Origin: Dendrobates tinctorius
Taxonomy: Eukaryota
Assembly (NCBI RefSeq): GCF_039654945.1
Contig: NW_027361818.1
Location: 8,246,001 to 8,310,000 of the forward strand
Length of the DNA stretch: 64,000 bases
Reading direction: 5' to 3'
Positions 1-13,758 of this stretch are shown in pieces. Under the pieces are notes generated by a model. The model saw only the letters and a program-made list of their open reading frames with translations. It was not told the DNA's origin and did not search any database. Every line of letters begins with the position of its first letter. Position 1 is the first letter of the stretch. Both the position numbers and the translations under genes were made by a program.

Positions 1-37
1 TTTGATATAGTGTGGTCATTAGACCAAGGGTGGAAAG

Positions 38-1046
38 TATTAAATATGGTTGTTTGAATCCAAACACTATATATTGCAATATACTACGGTGTAATATCTT
101 TAATGAATATTTATGCTGCTTGAACAAGGAAGTCTTGTGTTCAATAATAGTATGATGCTCGGAGACAAGGGAGACCAAAATGTTTTTTGATGGTCTCAAG
201 TAGCAATGGTCATGCATGACATCAATAATCAAGGACCGATTGTGATACACATGAGACAAGTATGAGTGTGTGCCTGGGTTACGATAGGTATCCAGCTTTC
301 AGAATAGGTGATTATGGAAGTCATGCTGATCACATGCCACCATCTTAGAGCGTTATGCTATGATCATGAAGAGTTAACTTTGTAACAAGCAACATATGTT
401 GAACTTTGACAGGCAACCTTGATTGTTAGAGGCAAACAGATCTTGGGTTGTAATTAGTAGCAAACAACCTTTAAGCATTGTGCTATTGTTAAGAGACATA
501 CCAATGGCAAATAAATCTTGGGTTGGTGCAAATAAACTTTAAGATTGTAGTAGTCTATAACAAGCAGACCTTGAAGTCTTGTGCTGTTATTAAGACAACA
601 ACCAACTGTGCAATTGCAAAATACTGATGATTCAGCCTAAACATACTGCACAGATGTAATAGGGGAGGATGTGGAAGTTGTGTATAAAAAGGTGGACCCT
701 GTGTCAGTGAGGTAGGGACATTTTCCAGAAGGTATCGTGGGTGCACGGTTTCTGTGATGACAAGACCAGAGTATTTCCTTCTCGCTGACACTGTGGTCCC
801 TCCAGTGGAGAAGTGATGTTAAAATACTTGGTAATGTATAGTATGGATGCTTATTTCTCTATGTACTATAATTCATATTAATTGTATGATTCACATGAAA
901 TGAATTAACACAAAACAGGCTAATATTATATCTGCCATTCCATTAATTTGGTGTTTTATCATTTAAATTAATCATTGTATAATAAAATTGTGTCATATCT
1001 AAGTAGTGCCTTCTTTAAAGCTGTATCCGAACCTTATTGCTAAACA
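38..1046 (+). mobile_element. Possible ERV-type LTR remnant
   Basis: Purine tract at 26-37, short internal repeats, TATAAAA at ~683, AATAAA at 981 and an ...AAACA end at 1046. No coding remnant or TSD seen, so boundaries are tentative. Confidence 0.3.
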
Positions 1047-1539
1047 GTTGGCAATACACTAGACGGCCCCTGCGTCATCACATTAGGGCCCCACTTGCTG
1101 CGTCGTTCTAGCGATATCTGCTCTGCTGTCCCCATAGGTGACATTGTTGTCACATCAACACTGCAGCCAATCAGTGGTCGCTCATTGGCTGCAGCTCATC
1201 TATATAATGTTCGCAGCTGCTGATTGGCTGCAGTGGTCTCGCAACACAACAATATCACATTATCCCCCGGGAACAGCAGTGCTACTATTGCTAACATGTA
1301 AGCACCGCAAGGCTTAATGTCAGTGAATTTTATGACCAGTTTCCCAGGAGGTTACTGTCAGTATCCCTGGTGGTCTAAAGCACTGCAAGGCTTATTTTCT
1401 GTATCCCTGGTGGCTTAGAGCACTGTAAGGCTTACTGTCAAGTATCCCTTGTGGTCTAGACCAGTGATCTGTATTACCAGTATCCCAGGTGGTCTAGGCC
1501 AGTGAAAGATACTTCGAGTGGTCTAGAGCAGCGAATGAT

Positions 1540-3032
1540 ATCCTGGGTGGTCTAGGGCAGTGAATGATATCCCGGGTGGTCTAGGGCAGTGAATGATATT
1601 CCGGGTGGTCTAGGGCAGTGAATGATATTCCAGGTGGTTTAGGGCAGTGAATGATATCCCGGGTGGTGTAGGGCAGTGAATGATATCCAGGGTGGTCTAG
1701 GGCAGTGAATGATATCCAGGGTGGTCTAGGGCAGTGAATGATATCCTGGGTGGTCTAGAGCAGTGAATGATATCCCGGGTGGTTTAGGGCAGTGAATGAT
1801 ATCCCGGGTGGTCTAGGGCAGTGAATGATATCCCGGGTGGTCTAGGGCAGTGAATGATATTCCGGGTGGTCTAGGGCAGTGAATGATATCCCGGGTGGTC
1901 TAGGGCAGTGAATGATATCCCGGGTGGTTTAGGGCAGTGAATGATATCCCAGGTGGTGTAGGGCAGTGAATGATATCCCGGGTGGTCTAGGGCAGTGAAT
2001 GATATTCCGGGTGGTTTAGGGCAGTGAATGATATCCCGGGTGGTGTAGGGCAGTGAATTATATCCCGAGTGGTCTAGGGTAGTGAATGATATCCAGGGTG
2101 GTCTAGGGCAGTGAATGATATCCAGGGTGGTCTAGGGCAGTGAATGATATTCCGGGTGGTCTAGGGCAGTGAATGATATCCAGGGTGGTCTAGGGCAGTG
2201 AACGATATCCCGGGTGGTCTAGGGCAGTGAATGATATCCCGGGTGGTTTAGGGCAGTGAATGATATCCCAGGTGGTGTAGGGCAGTGAATGATATTCCGG
2301 GTGGTTTAGGGCAGTGAATGATATTCCGGGTGGTCTAGGGCAGTGAATGATATCCCGGGTGGTCTAGGGCAGTGAATGATATCCCGGGTGGTTTAGGGCA
2401 GTGAATGATATCCCGGGTGGTCTAGGGCAGTGAATGATATCCCGGGTGGTCTAGGGCAGTGAATGATATCCCGGGTGGTCTAGGGCAGTGAATGATATCC
2501 CGGGTGGTGTAGGGCAGTGAATGATATCCCGGGTGGTCTAGGGCAGTGAATGATATTCCGGGTGGTTTAGGGCAGTGAATGATATCCCGGGTGGTGTAGG
2601 GCAGTGAATGATATCCCGAGTGGTCTAGGGCAGTGAATGATATCCCGGGTGGTCTAGGGAAGTGAATGATATCCCGGGTGGTGTAGGGTAGTGAATGATA
2701 TCCCGGGTGGTGTAGGGCAGTGAATGATATCCCGGGTGGTCTAGGGCAGTGAATGATATCCCGGGTGGTCTAGGGCAGTGAATGATATCCCGGGTGGTCT
2801 AGGGCAGTGAATGATATCCCGGGTGGTCTAGGGTAGTGAATGATATCCCGGGTGGTCTAGGGTAGTGAATGATATCCCGGGTGGTCTAGGGCAGTGAATG
2901 ATATTCCGGGTGGTCTAGGGCAGTGAATGATATCCCGGGTGGTCTAGGGCAGTGAATGATATCCCGGGTGGTCTAGGGCAGTGAATGATATCCCGGGTGG
3001 TGTAGGGCAGTGAATGATATCCCGAGTGGTGT
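1540..3032. repeat. 29-bp minisatellite (CCCGGGTGGTCTAGGGCAGTGAATGATAT)n, left block
   Basis: Directly visible tandem array of about 50 copies. Degenerate ~40-bp precursor units lie at 1300-1540. Confidence 0.97.
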
Positions 3033-4042
3033 AATAAATAATAATAAATTTTATTTCTATAGCGCCGACATATTCCGCAGCACTTTACATTTCAGAGGGG
3101 ATTTGTACAGACAATAGACACTACAGCATAACAATAATCACATAGATCATAACCGATACCAAGAGGAATGAGGGCCCTGCTCGCAAGCTTACAGTCTATG
3201 AGGAAAGAGGTAGACACGAAAGGTGGGAGGTAACAATTGCCCTGATTGTTTGGATCATGTTAAGTGTGTATCAGTACAGACACAGAGGGCTAATGGATGC
3301 ATAAAGCATGTGGGAACATGATGCGGGGAACCTGGTTATGGTAAAACTTTTGGCTGTGCCACACAGGGATAGATTAGGTTATTGTGTTGAGGCGATAGGC
3401 CAGTCTGAATAAATGCGTTTTCAGGGCACGCTTTAAATTGTGGGGATTCGGGACTAATCGTATTGACCTGGGGAGTGCATTCCAAAGAATTGGTGCAGCA
3501 CGTGTAAAGTCTTGGAGACGGGAGTGACTTTTGTGGATGCTAACCTCAGGTCATCAGCAGAACGGAGGGCGCGGGTAGGGTGGTAGACTGAAACAAGGGA
3601 GGAGATGTAGGGTGGTGCTGAGCCGTGGAGGGCTTTGTGGGTGAGGGTAATAAGTTTGTACTGGATTCTGGAGTGGATGGGTAGCCAGTGTAAGGACTGG
3701 CACAAGGTAGAGGCATCGGTGTAACGATTGGCGAGGAATATGATCCTGGCTGCAGCATTCAAGACAGATTGGAGGGGGGAGAGTTTGGTAAGAGGGAGAC
3801 CGATTAGAAGAGAGTTACAATAGTCGAGACGAGAATGAATAAGAGAAACAGTAAGAGTTTTTGCAGAGTCAAAAGTAAGAAAAGGTCGAATTCTAGAAAT
3901 GTTTTTGAGGTGCAGATGACAAGAGCGAGCCAGTGATCGGATGTGAGGGGCAAAGGAAAGTTCGGAGTCAAGTATGACCCCAAGACAGCGGGCATGTTGC
4001 TGGGGAGTAATAGTGGAACCGCACACAGAAATGGCAATGAAA
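3033..4042 (-). mobile_element. 5'-truncated L2-clade LINE (RT C-terminus, 3'UTR, (TTA)n-like tail)
   Basis: ORF 3454-4026 carries CLGVILDSELSF...IHSRLDYCNSLL...LHWLPI, the typical L2/CR1 RT C-terminal region. The 3' end reads GCTGCGGAATATGTCGGCGCTAT followed by a short TTA-rich tail at 3033-3050. Inserted in the 29-bp array. Confidence 0.92.
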
Positions 4043-5632
4043 ATGGTGGTCTAGGGCAGGCAGTGAATGATATCCCAGGATGTCTAGGGCAGTGAATGAT
4101 ATCCCGGCTGGTCTAGGGCAGTGAATGATACTCTCAGTGGTGTAGGGCAGTGAATGATACTCTCAGTGGTGTAGGGCAGTGAATGATATCCCGGCTGGTC
4201 TAGGGCAGTGAATGATATCCCGGCTGGTCTAGGGCAGTGAATGATACTCTCAGTGGTGTAGGGCAGTGAATGACATCCCGGGTGGTCTAGGGCAGTGAAT
4301 GATATCCCGGGTGGTCTAGGGCAGTGAATGATATTCCGGGTGGTCTAGGGCAGTGAATGATATCCCGGGTGGTCTAGGGCAGTGAATGATATCCCGGGTG
4401 GTTTAGGGCAGTGAATGATATCCCAGGTGGTGTAGGGCAGTGAATGATATCCCGGGTGGTCTAGGGCAGTGAATGATATTCCGGGTGGTTTAGGGCAGTG
4501 AATGATATCCCGGGTGGTGTAGGGCAGTGAATGATATCCCGAGTGGTCTAGGGTAGTGAATGATATCCAGGGTGGTCTAGGGCAGTGAATGATATCCAGG
4601 GTGGTCTAGGGCAGTGAATGATATTCCGGGTGGTCTAGGGCAGTGAATGATATCCAGGGTGGTCTAGGGCAGTGAATGATATTCCGGGTGGTCTAGGGCA
4701 GTGAATGATATCCCGGGTGGTGTAGGGCAGTGAATGATATCCAGGGTGGTCTAGGGCAGTGAATGATATCCCGGGTGGTCTAGGGCAGTGAATGATACTC
4801 TCAGTGGTGTAGGGCAGTGAATGATATTCCGGGTGGTCTAGGGCAGTGAATGATATTCCGGGTGGTTTAGGGCAGTGAATGATATCCCGGGTGGTGTAGG
4901 GCAGTGAATGATATCCCGAGTGGTCTAGGGTAGTGAATGATATCCCGAGTGGTCTAGGGCAGTGAATGATATCCAGGGTGGTCTAGGGCAGTGAATGATA
5001 TCCCGGGTGGTCTAGGGCAGTGAATGATACTCTCAGTGGTGTAGGGCAGTGAATGATATCCCGGGTGGTCTAGGGCAGTGAATGATATTCCGGGTGGTTT
5101 AGGGCAGTGAATGATATCCCGGGTGGTGTAGGGCAGTGAATGATATCCCGAGTGGTCTAGGGTAGTGAATGATATCCAGGGTGGTCTAGGGCAGTGAATG
5201 ATATCCAGGGTGGTCTAGGGCAGTGAATGATATTCCGGGTGGTCTAGGGCAGTGAATGATATCCCGGGTGGTCTAGGGCAGTGAATGATATTCCGGGTGG
5301 TTTAGGGCAGTGAATGATATCCCGGGTGGTCTAGGGCAGTGAATGATATCCAGGGTGGTCTAGGGCAGTGAATGATATTCCGGGTGGTCTAGGGCAGTGA
5401 ATGATATCCCGGGTGGTCTAGGGCAGTGAATGATATTCCGGGTGGTTTAGGGCAGTGAATGATATCCCGGGTGGTCTAGGGCAGTGAATGATATCCAGGG
5501 TGGTCTAGGGCAGTGAATGATATCCCGGGTGGTCTAGGGCAGTGAATGATACTCTCAGTGGTGTAGGGCAGTGAATGATATTCCGGGTGGTTAGGGCAGT
5601 GAATGATATCCCGGGTGGTGTAGGGCAGTGAA
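4043..5632. repeat. 29-bp minisatellite, right block
   Basis: The same unit resumes after the L2 insertion. Confidence 0.97.
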
Positions 5633-5827
5633 GACTATTACCAAACCCCAGTGCTTGGATCATAAATGAGGACTGCTGGCAGCGTCACAATTCCCAATAT
5701 CTGAGGTCTCGGCTCTCTGACCCCACGGTCTGTGACCGGACAGTCCGCACAGCTGCTCTCTCTCTCCCTCTTGCAGTTCCTTTTAGTGCTCGCCCTGAAT
5801 AAGCTACAATGGCCGAGCGCCTCTTAC

Positions 5828-8800
5828 CGGAATAGCGATTTCTCTATCGCAGGGAGACGCGGGCGGCAGCAGGGCAGACTCTCTGATGGAAAAAAGCAAA
5901 AACGGATCTCAGGAAACTTGTCCGGTTCTACAAGTTCTACAAGTCAGATCTCTGCTTCCTCTAAAGAAATAACGCAAAAATTCTTCGTAGTCAAAATTCT
6001 GCATAATAATTTCCTCCGAGAGCTGATGTGTTGTTACAATGTGCAGTTATCAGCTGGGACGTGACACATTGGTGCAGCAGCACCTCACACAATGTTATGT
6101 GTCAGGGAGATTATTGCAGAATAACTATGAAAGATTGGTAACACAGGAGACGCCTGTGGAAACTCCTCTGTGTCCGGACGGTGGACGGAGCAGCTCTTCT
6201 TCCCCTCTCAGAGCTGGAGATGGAACAGAAGCACAGACGAAACTTAATCGGAGGGTCTGTACGTACCGTGGGGTGGACTGGTCACTGCCGCACGTAGGAT
6301 GGTGGTAGATGGTCTCACCGCTGAGAGACCCCGGAGAGCGAGGAGGAAGCCAGCTCTAGAAGAGATGAGAGGGAATAAGGAGAGAGATGGAGGAGACAGA
6401 GACACCACACAATAAACGAAAAGGGGGATCTCACCAGATCGTCATTCACCACAGTAAGTAACATCTCTTCTCTTCCCCTCAGCCATGGCTGAAAATATCG
6501 GAAACCCTACAATGATAGCACAACAGTAAAACAAAAAAAACAAGAAAACATTAATACCGCTCCTATATACAAGAATATAACTACTATAATACTGCTCGTA
6601 TATAAAAGAATATAACAACTATAATACTGCCCCTATGTACAAGAATATAACTACTATAATACTGCCCCCTATGTACAAGAATATAACTATGGCTGACGCC
6701 ATTTGACACACTCTCCTTCACATACCCGACGTGACATGTAATTCAGTGTCAATAAACATTCATCATTATCCCGTAGAGTGCGATCTTTTTCTCTTGGATA
6801 CCATTATAATACTGCCCGTATATACAAGAATATGACTACTATAATACTGCCCCCTATGTACAAGAATATAACTACTATAATACTGCCCCTATATACAAGA
6901 ATATAACTACTATAATACTGCTCCTATGTACAAGAATATAACTACTATAATACTGCTCCTATGTACAAGAATATAACTACTATAATACTGCCCCCTATGT
7001 ACAAGAATATAACTACTATAATACTGCTCCTATGTACAAGAATATAACTACTATAATACTGCCCCTATGTACAAGAATATAACTACTATAATACTGCTCC
7101 TATGTACAAGAATATAACTACTATAATACTGCCCCTATGTACAAGAATATACAGTAACTACTATAATACTGCTCCTATGTACAAGAATATAACTACTATA
7201 ATACTGCCCCCTATGTATAAGAATATAACTACTATAATACTGCTCCTATGTACAAGAATATAACTACTATAATACTGCCCCTATGTACAAGAATATAACT
7301 ACTTTAATACTGCTCCTATGTACAAGAATATAACTACTATAATACTGCCCCCTATGTACAAGAATATAACTACTATAATACTGCCCCCTATGTACAAGAA
7401 TATAACTACTATAATACTGCTCCTATGTACAAGAATATAACTACTATAATACTGCCCCTATGTACAAGAATATAACTTCTATAATACTGCCCCTATATAC
7501 AAGAATATAACTACTATAATACTGCCCCAATGTACAAGAATATAACTACTATAATACTGCTCCTATGTACAAGAATATAACTACTATAATACTGCTCCCT
7601 ATGTAGAAGAATATAACTACTATAATACTGCTCCCTATGTAGAAGAATATAGCTACTATAATACTGCCCCTATGTACAAGAATATAACTACTATAATACT
7701 GCTCCTATGTACAAGACTATAACTACTATAATACTGCCCCCTATGTAGAAGAATATAGCTACTATAATACTGCCCCTATATACAAGAATATAACTACTAT
7801 AATACTGCCCCTATGTACAAGAATATAACTACTATAATACTGCTCCTATATATAAGAATATAACTACTATAATACTGCTCCTATGTACAAGAATATAACT
7901 ACTATAATACTACCCCTATGTACAAGAATATAACTACTATAATACTGCCCCTATATACAAGAATATAACTACTATAATACTACCCCTATGTACAAGAATA
8001 TAACTACTATAATACTGCTCCCTATGTAGAAGAATATAGCTACTATAATACTGCCCCTATGTACAAGAATATAACTACTATAATACTGCTCCTATGTACA
8101 AGACTATAACTACTATAATACTGCCCCCTATGTAGAAGAATATAGCTACTATAATACTTCCCCTATATACAAGAATATAACTACTATAATACTGCTCCTA
8201 TGTACAAGAATATAACTACTATAATACTGCTCCCTATGTACAAGAATATAACTACTATAATACTGCCCCTATGTACAAGAATATAACTACTATAATACTG
8301 CTCCCTATGTACAACAATATAACTACCATAATACTGCCCCTATGTACAACAATATACTATAATACTGCCCCCTATGTACAAGAATATAACTACTATAATA
8401 CTGCTCCTATGTACAAGAATATAACTACTATAATACTACCCCTATATACAAGAATATAACTACTATAATACTGCCCCCTATGTACAACAATATAACTACT
8501 ATAATACTGCTCCCTATGTAGAAGAATATAGCTACTGTAATACTGCCCCTATGTACAAGAATATAACTACTATAATACTGCTCCTATGTACAAGAATATA
8601 ACTACTATAATACTGCCCCTATGTACAAGAATATAACTACTATAATACTGCTCCTATGTACAAGAATATAACTACTATAATACTGCCCCCTATGTACAAG
8701 AATATAACTACTATAATACTGCTCCTATGTACAAGAATATAACTACTATAATACTGCCCCTATGTACAAGAATATAACTACTATAATACTGCTCCTATGT

Positions 8801-11220
8801 ACAAGAATATAACTACTATAATACTGCCCCTATGTACAAGAATATACAGTAACTACTATAATACTGCTCCTATGTACAAGAATATAACTACTATAATACT
8901 GCCCCCTATGTATAAGAATATAACTACTATAATACTGCTCCTATGTACAAGAATATAACTACTATAATACTGCCCCTATGTACAAGAATATAACTACTAT
9001 AATACTGCTCCTATGTACAAGAATATAACTACTATAATACTGCCCCCTATGTACAAGAATATAACTACTATAATACTGCCCCCTATGTACAAGAATATAA
9101 CTACTATAATACTGCTCCTATGTACAAGAATATAACTACTATAATACTGCCCCTATGTACAAGAATATAACTTCTATAATACTGCCCCTATATACAAGAA
9201 TATAACTACTATAATACTGCCCCAATGTACAAGAATATAACTACTATAATACTGCTCCTATGTACAAGAATATAACTACTATAATACTGCTCCCTATGTA
9301 GAAGAATATAACTACTATAATACTGCTCCCTATGTAGAAGAATATAGCTACTATAATACTGCCCCTATGTACAAGAATATAACTACTATAATACTGCTCC
9401 TATGTACAAGACTATAACTACTATAATACTGCCCCCTATGTAGAAGAATATAGCTACTATAATACTGCCCCTATATACAAGAATATAACTACTATAATAC
9501 TGCCCCTATGTACAAGAATATAACTACTATAATACTGCTCCTATATATAAGAATATAACTACTATAATACTGCTCCTATGTACAAGAATATAACTACTAT
9601 AATACTACCCCTATGTACAAGAATATAACTACTATAATACTGCCCCTATATACAAGAATATAACTACTATAATACTACCCCTATGTACAAGAATATAACT
9701 ACTATAATACTGCTCCCTATGTAGAAGAATATAGCTACTATAATACTGCCCCTATGTACAAGAATATAACTACTATAATACTGCTCCTATGTACAAGACT
9801 ATAACTACTATAATACTGCCCCCTATGTAGAAGAATATAGCTACTATAATACTTCCCCTATATACAAGAATATAACTACTATAATACTGCTCCTATGTAC
9901 AAGAATATAACTACTATAATACTGCTCCCTATGTACAAGAATATAACTACTATAATACTGCCCCTATGTACAAGAATATAACTACTATAATACTGCTCCC
10001 TATGTACAACAATATAACTACCATAATACTGCCCCTATGTACAACAATATACTATAATACTGCCCCCTATGTACAAGAATATAACTACTATAATACTGCT
10101 CCTATGTACAAGAATATAACTACTATAATACTACCCCTATATACAAGAATATAACTACTATAATACTGCCCCCTATGTACAACAATATAACTACTATAAT
10201 ACTGCTCCCTATGTAGAAGAATATAGCTACTGTAATACTGCCCCTATGTACAAGAATATAACTACTATAATACTGCTCCTATGTACAAGACTATAACTAC
10301 TATAATACTGCCCCCTATGTAGAAGAATATAGCTACTATAATACTGCCCCTATGTACAAGAATATAACTACTATAATACTGCTCCTATGTACAAGAATAT
10401 AACTACTATAATACTGCCCCTATGTACAAGAATATAACTACTATAATACTGCCCCTATGTACAAGAATATAACTACTATAATACTGCTCCTATATATAAG
10501 AATATAACTACTATAATACTGCCCCCTATGTACAAGAATATAACTACTATAATATTGCCCCTATGTACAGTATATAGTTGCGCTCTTGTGTGGTTTTCTT
10601 ACTTGTAAGGACCCCAGTAGAGACAGGTCAGAGAGGAACTGATCCAGTTTTTGCTTTTCTTCTTCCTGGGGAATGAATGTGATGTTATATGAGTAGATAT
10701 TCTAGAACAGGGGTCTCAAACTCGGCAGAGTAAATGGGACGCAGATAAAAAAAAAATTTGAGTTGGGGGGCTGCATTCCTTTCAAACTTAATACACCTCG
10801 TACACACACGGCTCTGCTACATCTACCCTGTAAACCCCTCCTGACCCCACACATAAACTTACCTTCATCTAGCACCATGACAACCAGCACAGACAGCAGC
10901 GTCCTCCTGCACACACTGAGGCCCCTGATCATGTGACTCCTCCCCCTCCTGTGACCTCATCACAGGACCTGTGCAGTGTGCGCACACAGAACAGCCAATG
11001 CCATCGCTGCTCCTGAATGCGTGCCTTCCCCCTGCCTCAGGGAGTGAGACGTGTGGTGCACCGCGGGCCGCAGATGCCTGCCTCAGGGGCCGCGTGTTTG
11101 AGACCCCTGCTCTATAACAATCGTTAATGACCGGGCTGTCTCTGGAGAGCGGAGATGTCATCGCTGTACATTTCTGGACACGGAGATTCCGCGGTCTTTG
11201 ATTTTCCAGTCCAGGGGCAT
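5828..11220 (-). CDS. Uncharacterised protein, 5' exons only (gene continues beyond the left window edge)
   Basis: GT-AG exons in compatible phases: 11220-11170 (MPLDWKIKDRGISVSRN; start and donor less certain), 10665-10603 (EEEKQKLDQFLSDLSLLGSLQ), 6506-6435 (GFRYFQPWLRGREEMLLTVVNDDL), 6355-6267 (SWLPPRSPGSLSGETIYHHPTCGSDQSTP), 5882-5828 (RESALLPPASPCDREIAIP). Strong pyrimidine tracts and no stops. Confidence 0.8.
6550..10570. repeat. 35/36-bp minisatellite (TATGTACAAGAATATAACTACTATAATACTGCCCC)n
   Basis: Visible array filling almost the whole intron 6507-10602. Contains a 1695-bp higher-order duplication. Confidence 0.97.
10708..11109. mobile_element. hAT-type MITE
   Basis: TIR CAGGGGTCTCAAAC...GTTTGAGACCCCTG. 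Flanks TTCTAGAA / CTCTATAA are an imperfect 8-bp TSD resembling the NTCTAGAN target. Confidence 0.8.
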
Positions 11221-11263
11221 TTGTGATGTGTAGCCCCCCTGGCTGCCCGCCCTTCTAGCAGAG

Positions 11264-11297
<34 letters not shown>

Positions 11298-11695
11298 TCT
11301 CTTACGTGGAGATTCATGGTGTCGCCCCTGGATGCTGCCGCTCAGCCTTAACCCCTTGTGGTTTTGCGTTCAGTCTGCCGCTTTCATCTCTTCTCCATCC
11401 TCTGGCTGGAAGCCATTCTCCTCCTCCCCCTGCGTCATCCTGATCCCACCCAGCTGCAGAGGCCGTTTCTTAGCAGACGCTGCTGGAGCAGCATTTGTTG
11501 TAACCTTCCCAGTCCAGGATGTAACAGATGTAGAGCCTGGACTCAGGGGCCGCGTGTTTGAGACCCCTGCTCTATAACAATCATTAATGACCGGGCTGTC
11601 TCTGGAGAGCGGAGATGTCATCGCTGTGGGTTTTGGGGGTTTTTTTGCTTTCACTTTAATGAAATCGATAATTTTAACACAATGTTTGACTTTTA

Positions 11696-12035
11696 GGCTG
11701 TGTGCACACGCTGCGGATTGTGGTGCGGATTTTGTAAAATCCGCAGGTGAAACCGCAGGTCAAAAGACCTGCGTTTTACCTGCGGATTGCTCTGCGGTAT
11801 TTCATCTCCACAGTGGAGGAGATGGCAAACCGCAGCGGAATCCGCAGAAAGAATTGACATGTCAATTCTTTCTGCGGATTGAAAACTGCAGATAATCCGC
11901 TCGGAAAATCCTGCACCGTCTGCACTGCAGTTTTTGATTTCCATAGGGAATCATGGTACTGTACACCGCAGCAAAAACTGCTGCGGGTCCGCAGCAGCCA
12001 AATCCGCTGCAGAACCGCAGCGTGTGCACACAGCC
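11696..12035. mobile_element. PIF/Harbinger-type MITE
   Basis: TIR GGCTGTGTGCACACGCTGCGG...CCGCAGCGTGTGCACACAGCC, TTA target duplication on both sides, internal TGCGGA/TCCGCA subrepeats. Confidence 0.85.
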
Positions 12036-12455
12036 TTACTGAGATCTGATTTCTCTGCACATTGCTGGCTGCAGAATGAGTTAACCGAGAAACTATCAGG
12101 GAGCTCACCCCTACAGTTATTGAGTTTGTTGTGTTAAGTGATACAGTATTGGTTATAGTTGGGGGAGGGTTTCAACAAGAACTAAAGTAATTGATGAGGA
12201 TTTCTGTGGAGTGAGGGTTATTAGGGTGAGACGCTGCCGAGTGCTTTGATTCCTGGGTCAGGGAGGATTGACATTTGTAGTTCGACACATGCAGAAATTG
12301 AAGGGTAATCACATTTTTACATCACATCCTGTAAATCCTGTTTACAGATTGATCGTTCCAGTACTAATCTGGCACACGGCGAGTCACTGCGATCACCTGA
12401 TCAGTCCCCTTTGGTTTTGATATGTACAGTCGGTGACCTCTCCCTGACAATATTT

Positions 12456-12779
12456 GGCTGAGTGCAGACGGACTTTTTGGCCCTGTGGATTTTTCTGCGC
12501 AGAATTGAAGAAATCCACAGGTCAAATGACCTGCATTTTTCCTGCGGATTTCTTCCGGTTTTCCCCTGCGGATATGGTGACAGGAGAGATGGAAAACCGC
12601 ACAAAAGAAGTAACATGCTGCGGATTTTGTACCGTGGGAAAAATCTGCAGCATCTGCACAGCGGGTTTTTTTTACATTGATTTTAAGGCTACTGTACATC
12701 ACAATGCGGATATGCAACATTCCTGCGCAGTAAAATCCGCTGCAGAACTGCTGCAAATCTGCATTGTGTGCACACAGCC
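12456..12779. mobile_element. PIF/Harbinger-type MITE, related and more diverged copy
   Basis: GGCTGAGTGCAGAC...GTGTGCACACAGCC ends, TTT flanks, same internal subrepeats. Confidence 0.7.
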
Positions 12780-13505
12780 TTTAGGTACCATGCTTTTTGT
12801 TTAGTTTTAAAAAGAAAAAAAAAAAAGTACATTTTTGTACCAAATTAGGGCAGTGGATTGGGATGCCTTTAATGAAGATTTGTTACTTTAATGCTAACAT
12901 GGGCTAGTGGCCAGTGAGCTCCATGTTTTTATTTTTCACAGTGCTGCCATTATAGTGAAATAAGATTTCTATTTCCCCTCTAAGCAAGAGAGGGGCAGTA
13001 TTACTCAGTTTCTAGGGGGTGTGTACTATTTCCTCTGCATGATGTTGACCAATCAGGAGGAGGAAGCATCATGCAGGGGGAATAGGACACACCCCCAGAA
13101 GTAAAGAATAGCTTTGGATACATGCATTAACACAATGCTCCATTCCTTGGAACTCTGCTATTCACAATAGTTGGACATCAGTGAGGAAAGGTTTCCATCT
13201 TTCCTATCACAATAGTGTCAGGAGGTTAACCACCTTGTGCCTTTACGAACAGCAGAGCTGAGTGATTATAAACATAGCAGGCTTTCATACCACAGCAGTC
13301 AGGCTGAGAGAAGGTGGAGCAAAGTTGTGTTAAAAACCTCCAACTTCATCAGGTCAGTGTTCTCTTTGCTGTACTCACTTTTCACCTGGCTGACAGTTTG
13401 AGGTGTTCGTGACACTCCTCATGCCCGAGATATATACACTCCTTCCCTCACACTGCCTCAAAGCTTGGTGTTTGGATTCACACTTATCAAAGCCTTACTC
13501 TTACC

Positions 13506-13758
13506 CAGAGTGTCAGACTGGGGTGCCAGGGGCCCACCAGTAACTGACTTTGGGGGCCCACTTTTCACCTGCATACAAATATTACACTACCCTTGTTCAC
13601 AAATTTACCTATATAATAAACTGTATAGTTTGGTTAATGAATGATGAGAGGCTGCTTTCTTCTTTACAAAGTAAGTTATGCCAAGTACTGCCCATAGAGT
13701 GGGGTTGGGGGGTCCAGATCTGGGGAGGTGGATTCCCCGGTGGGCCAGTCCAAGCCTG
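13506..13758. mobile_element. hAT-type MITE
   Basis: CAG...CTG ends with imperfect TIR (GACTGG/CCAGTC) and a perfect 8-bp TSD CTCTTACC at 13498-13505 and 13759-13766. Confidence 0.8.

Noticed and set aside
11256-11320. Upstream MNLH mini-exon for the uncharacterised gene
   Set aside because: The implied intron is only ~50 nt and the frame does not join the downstream exons.
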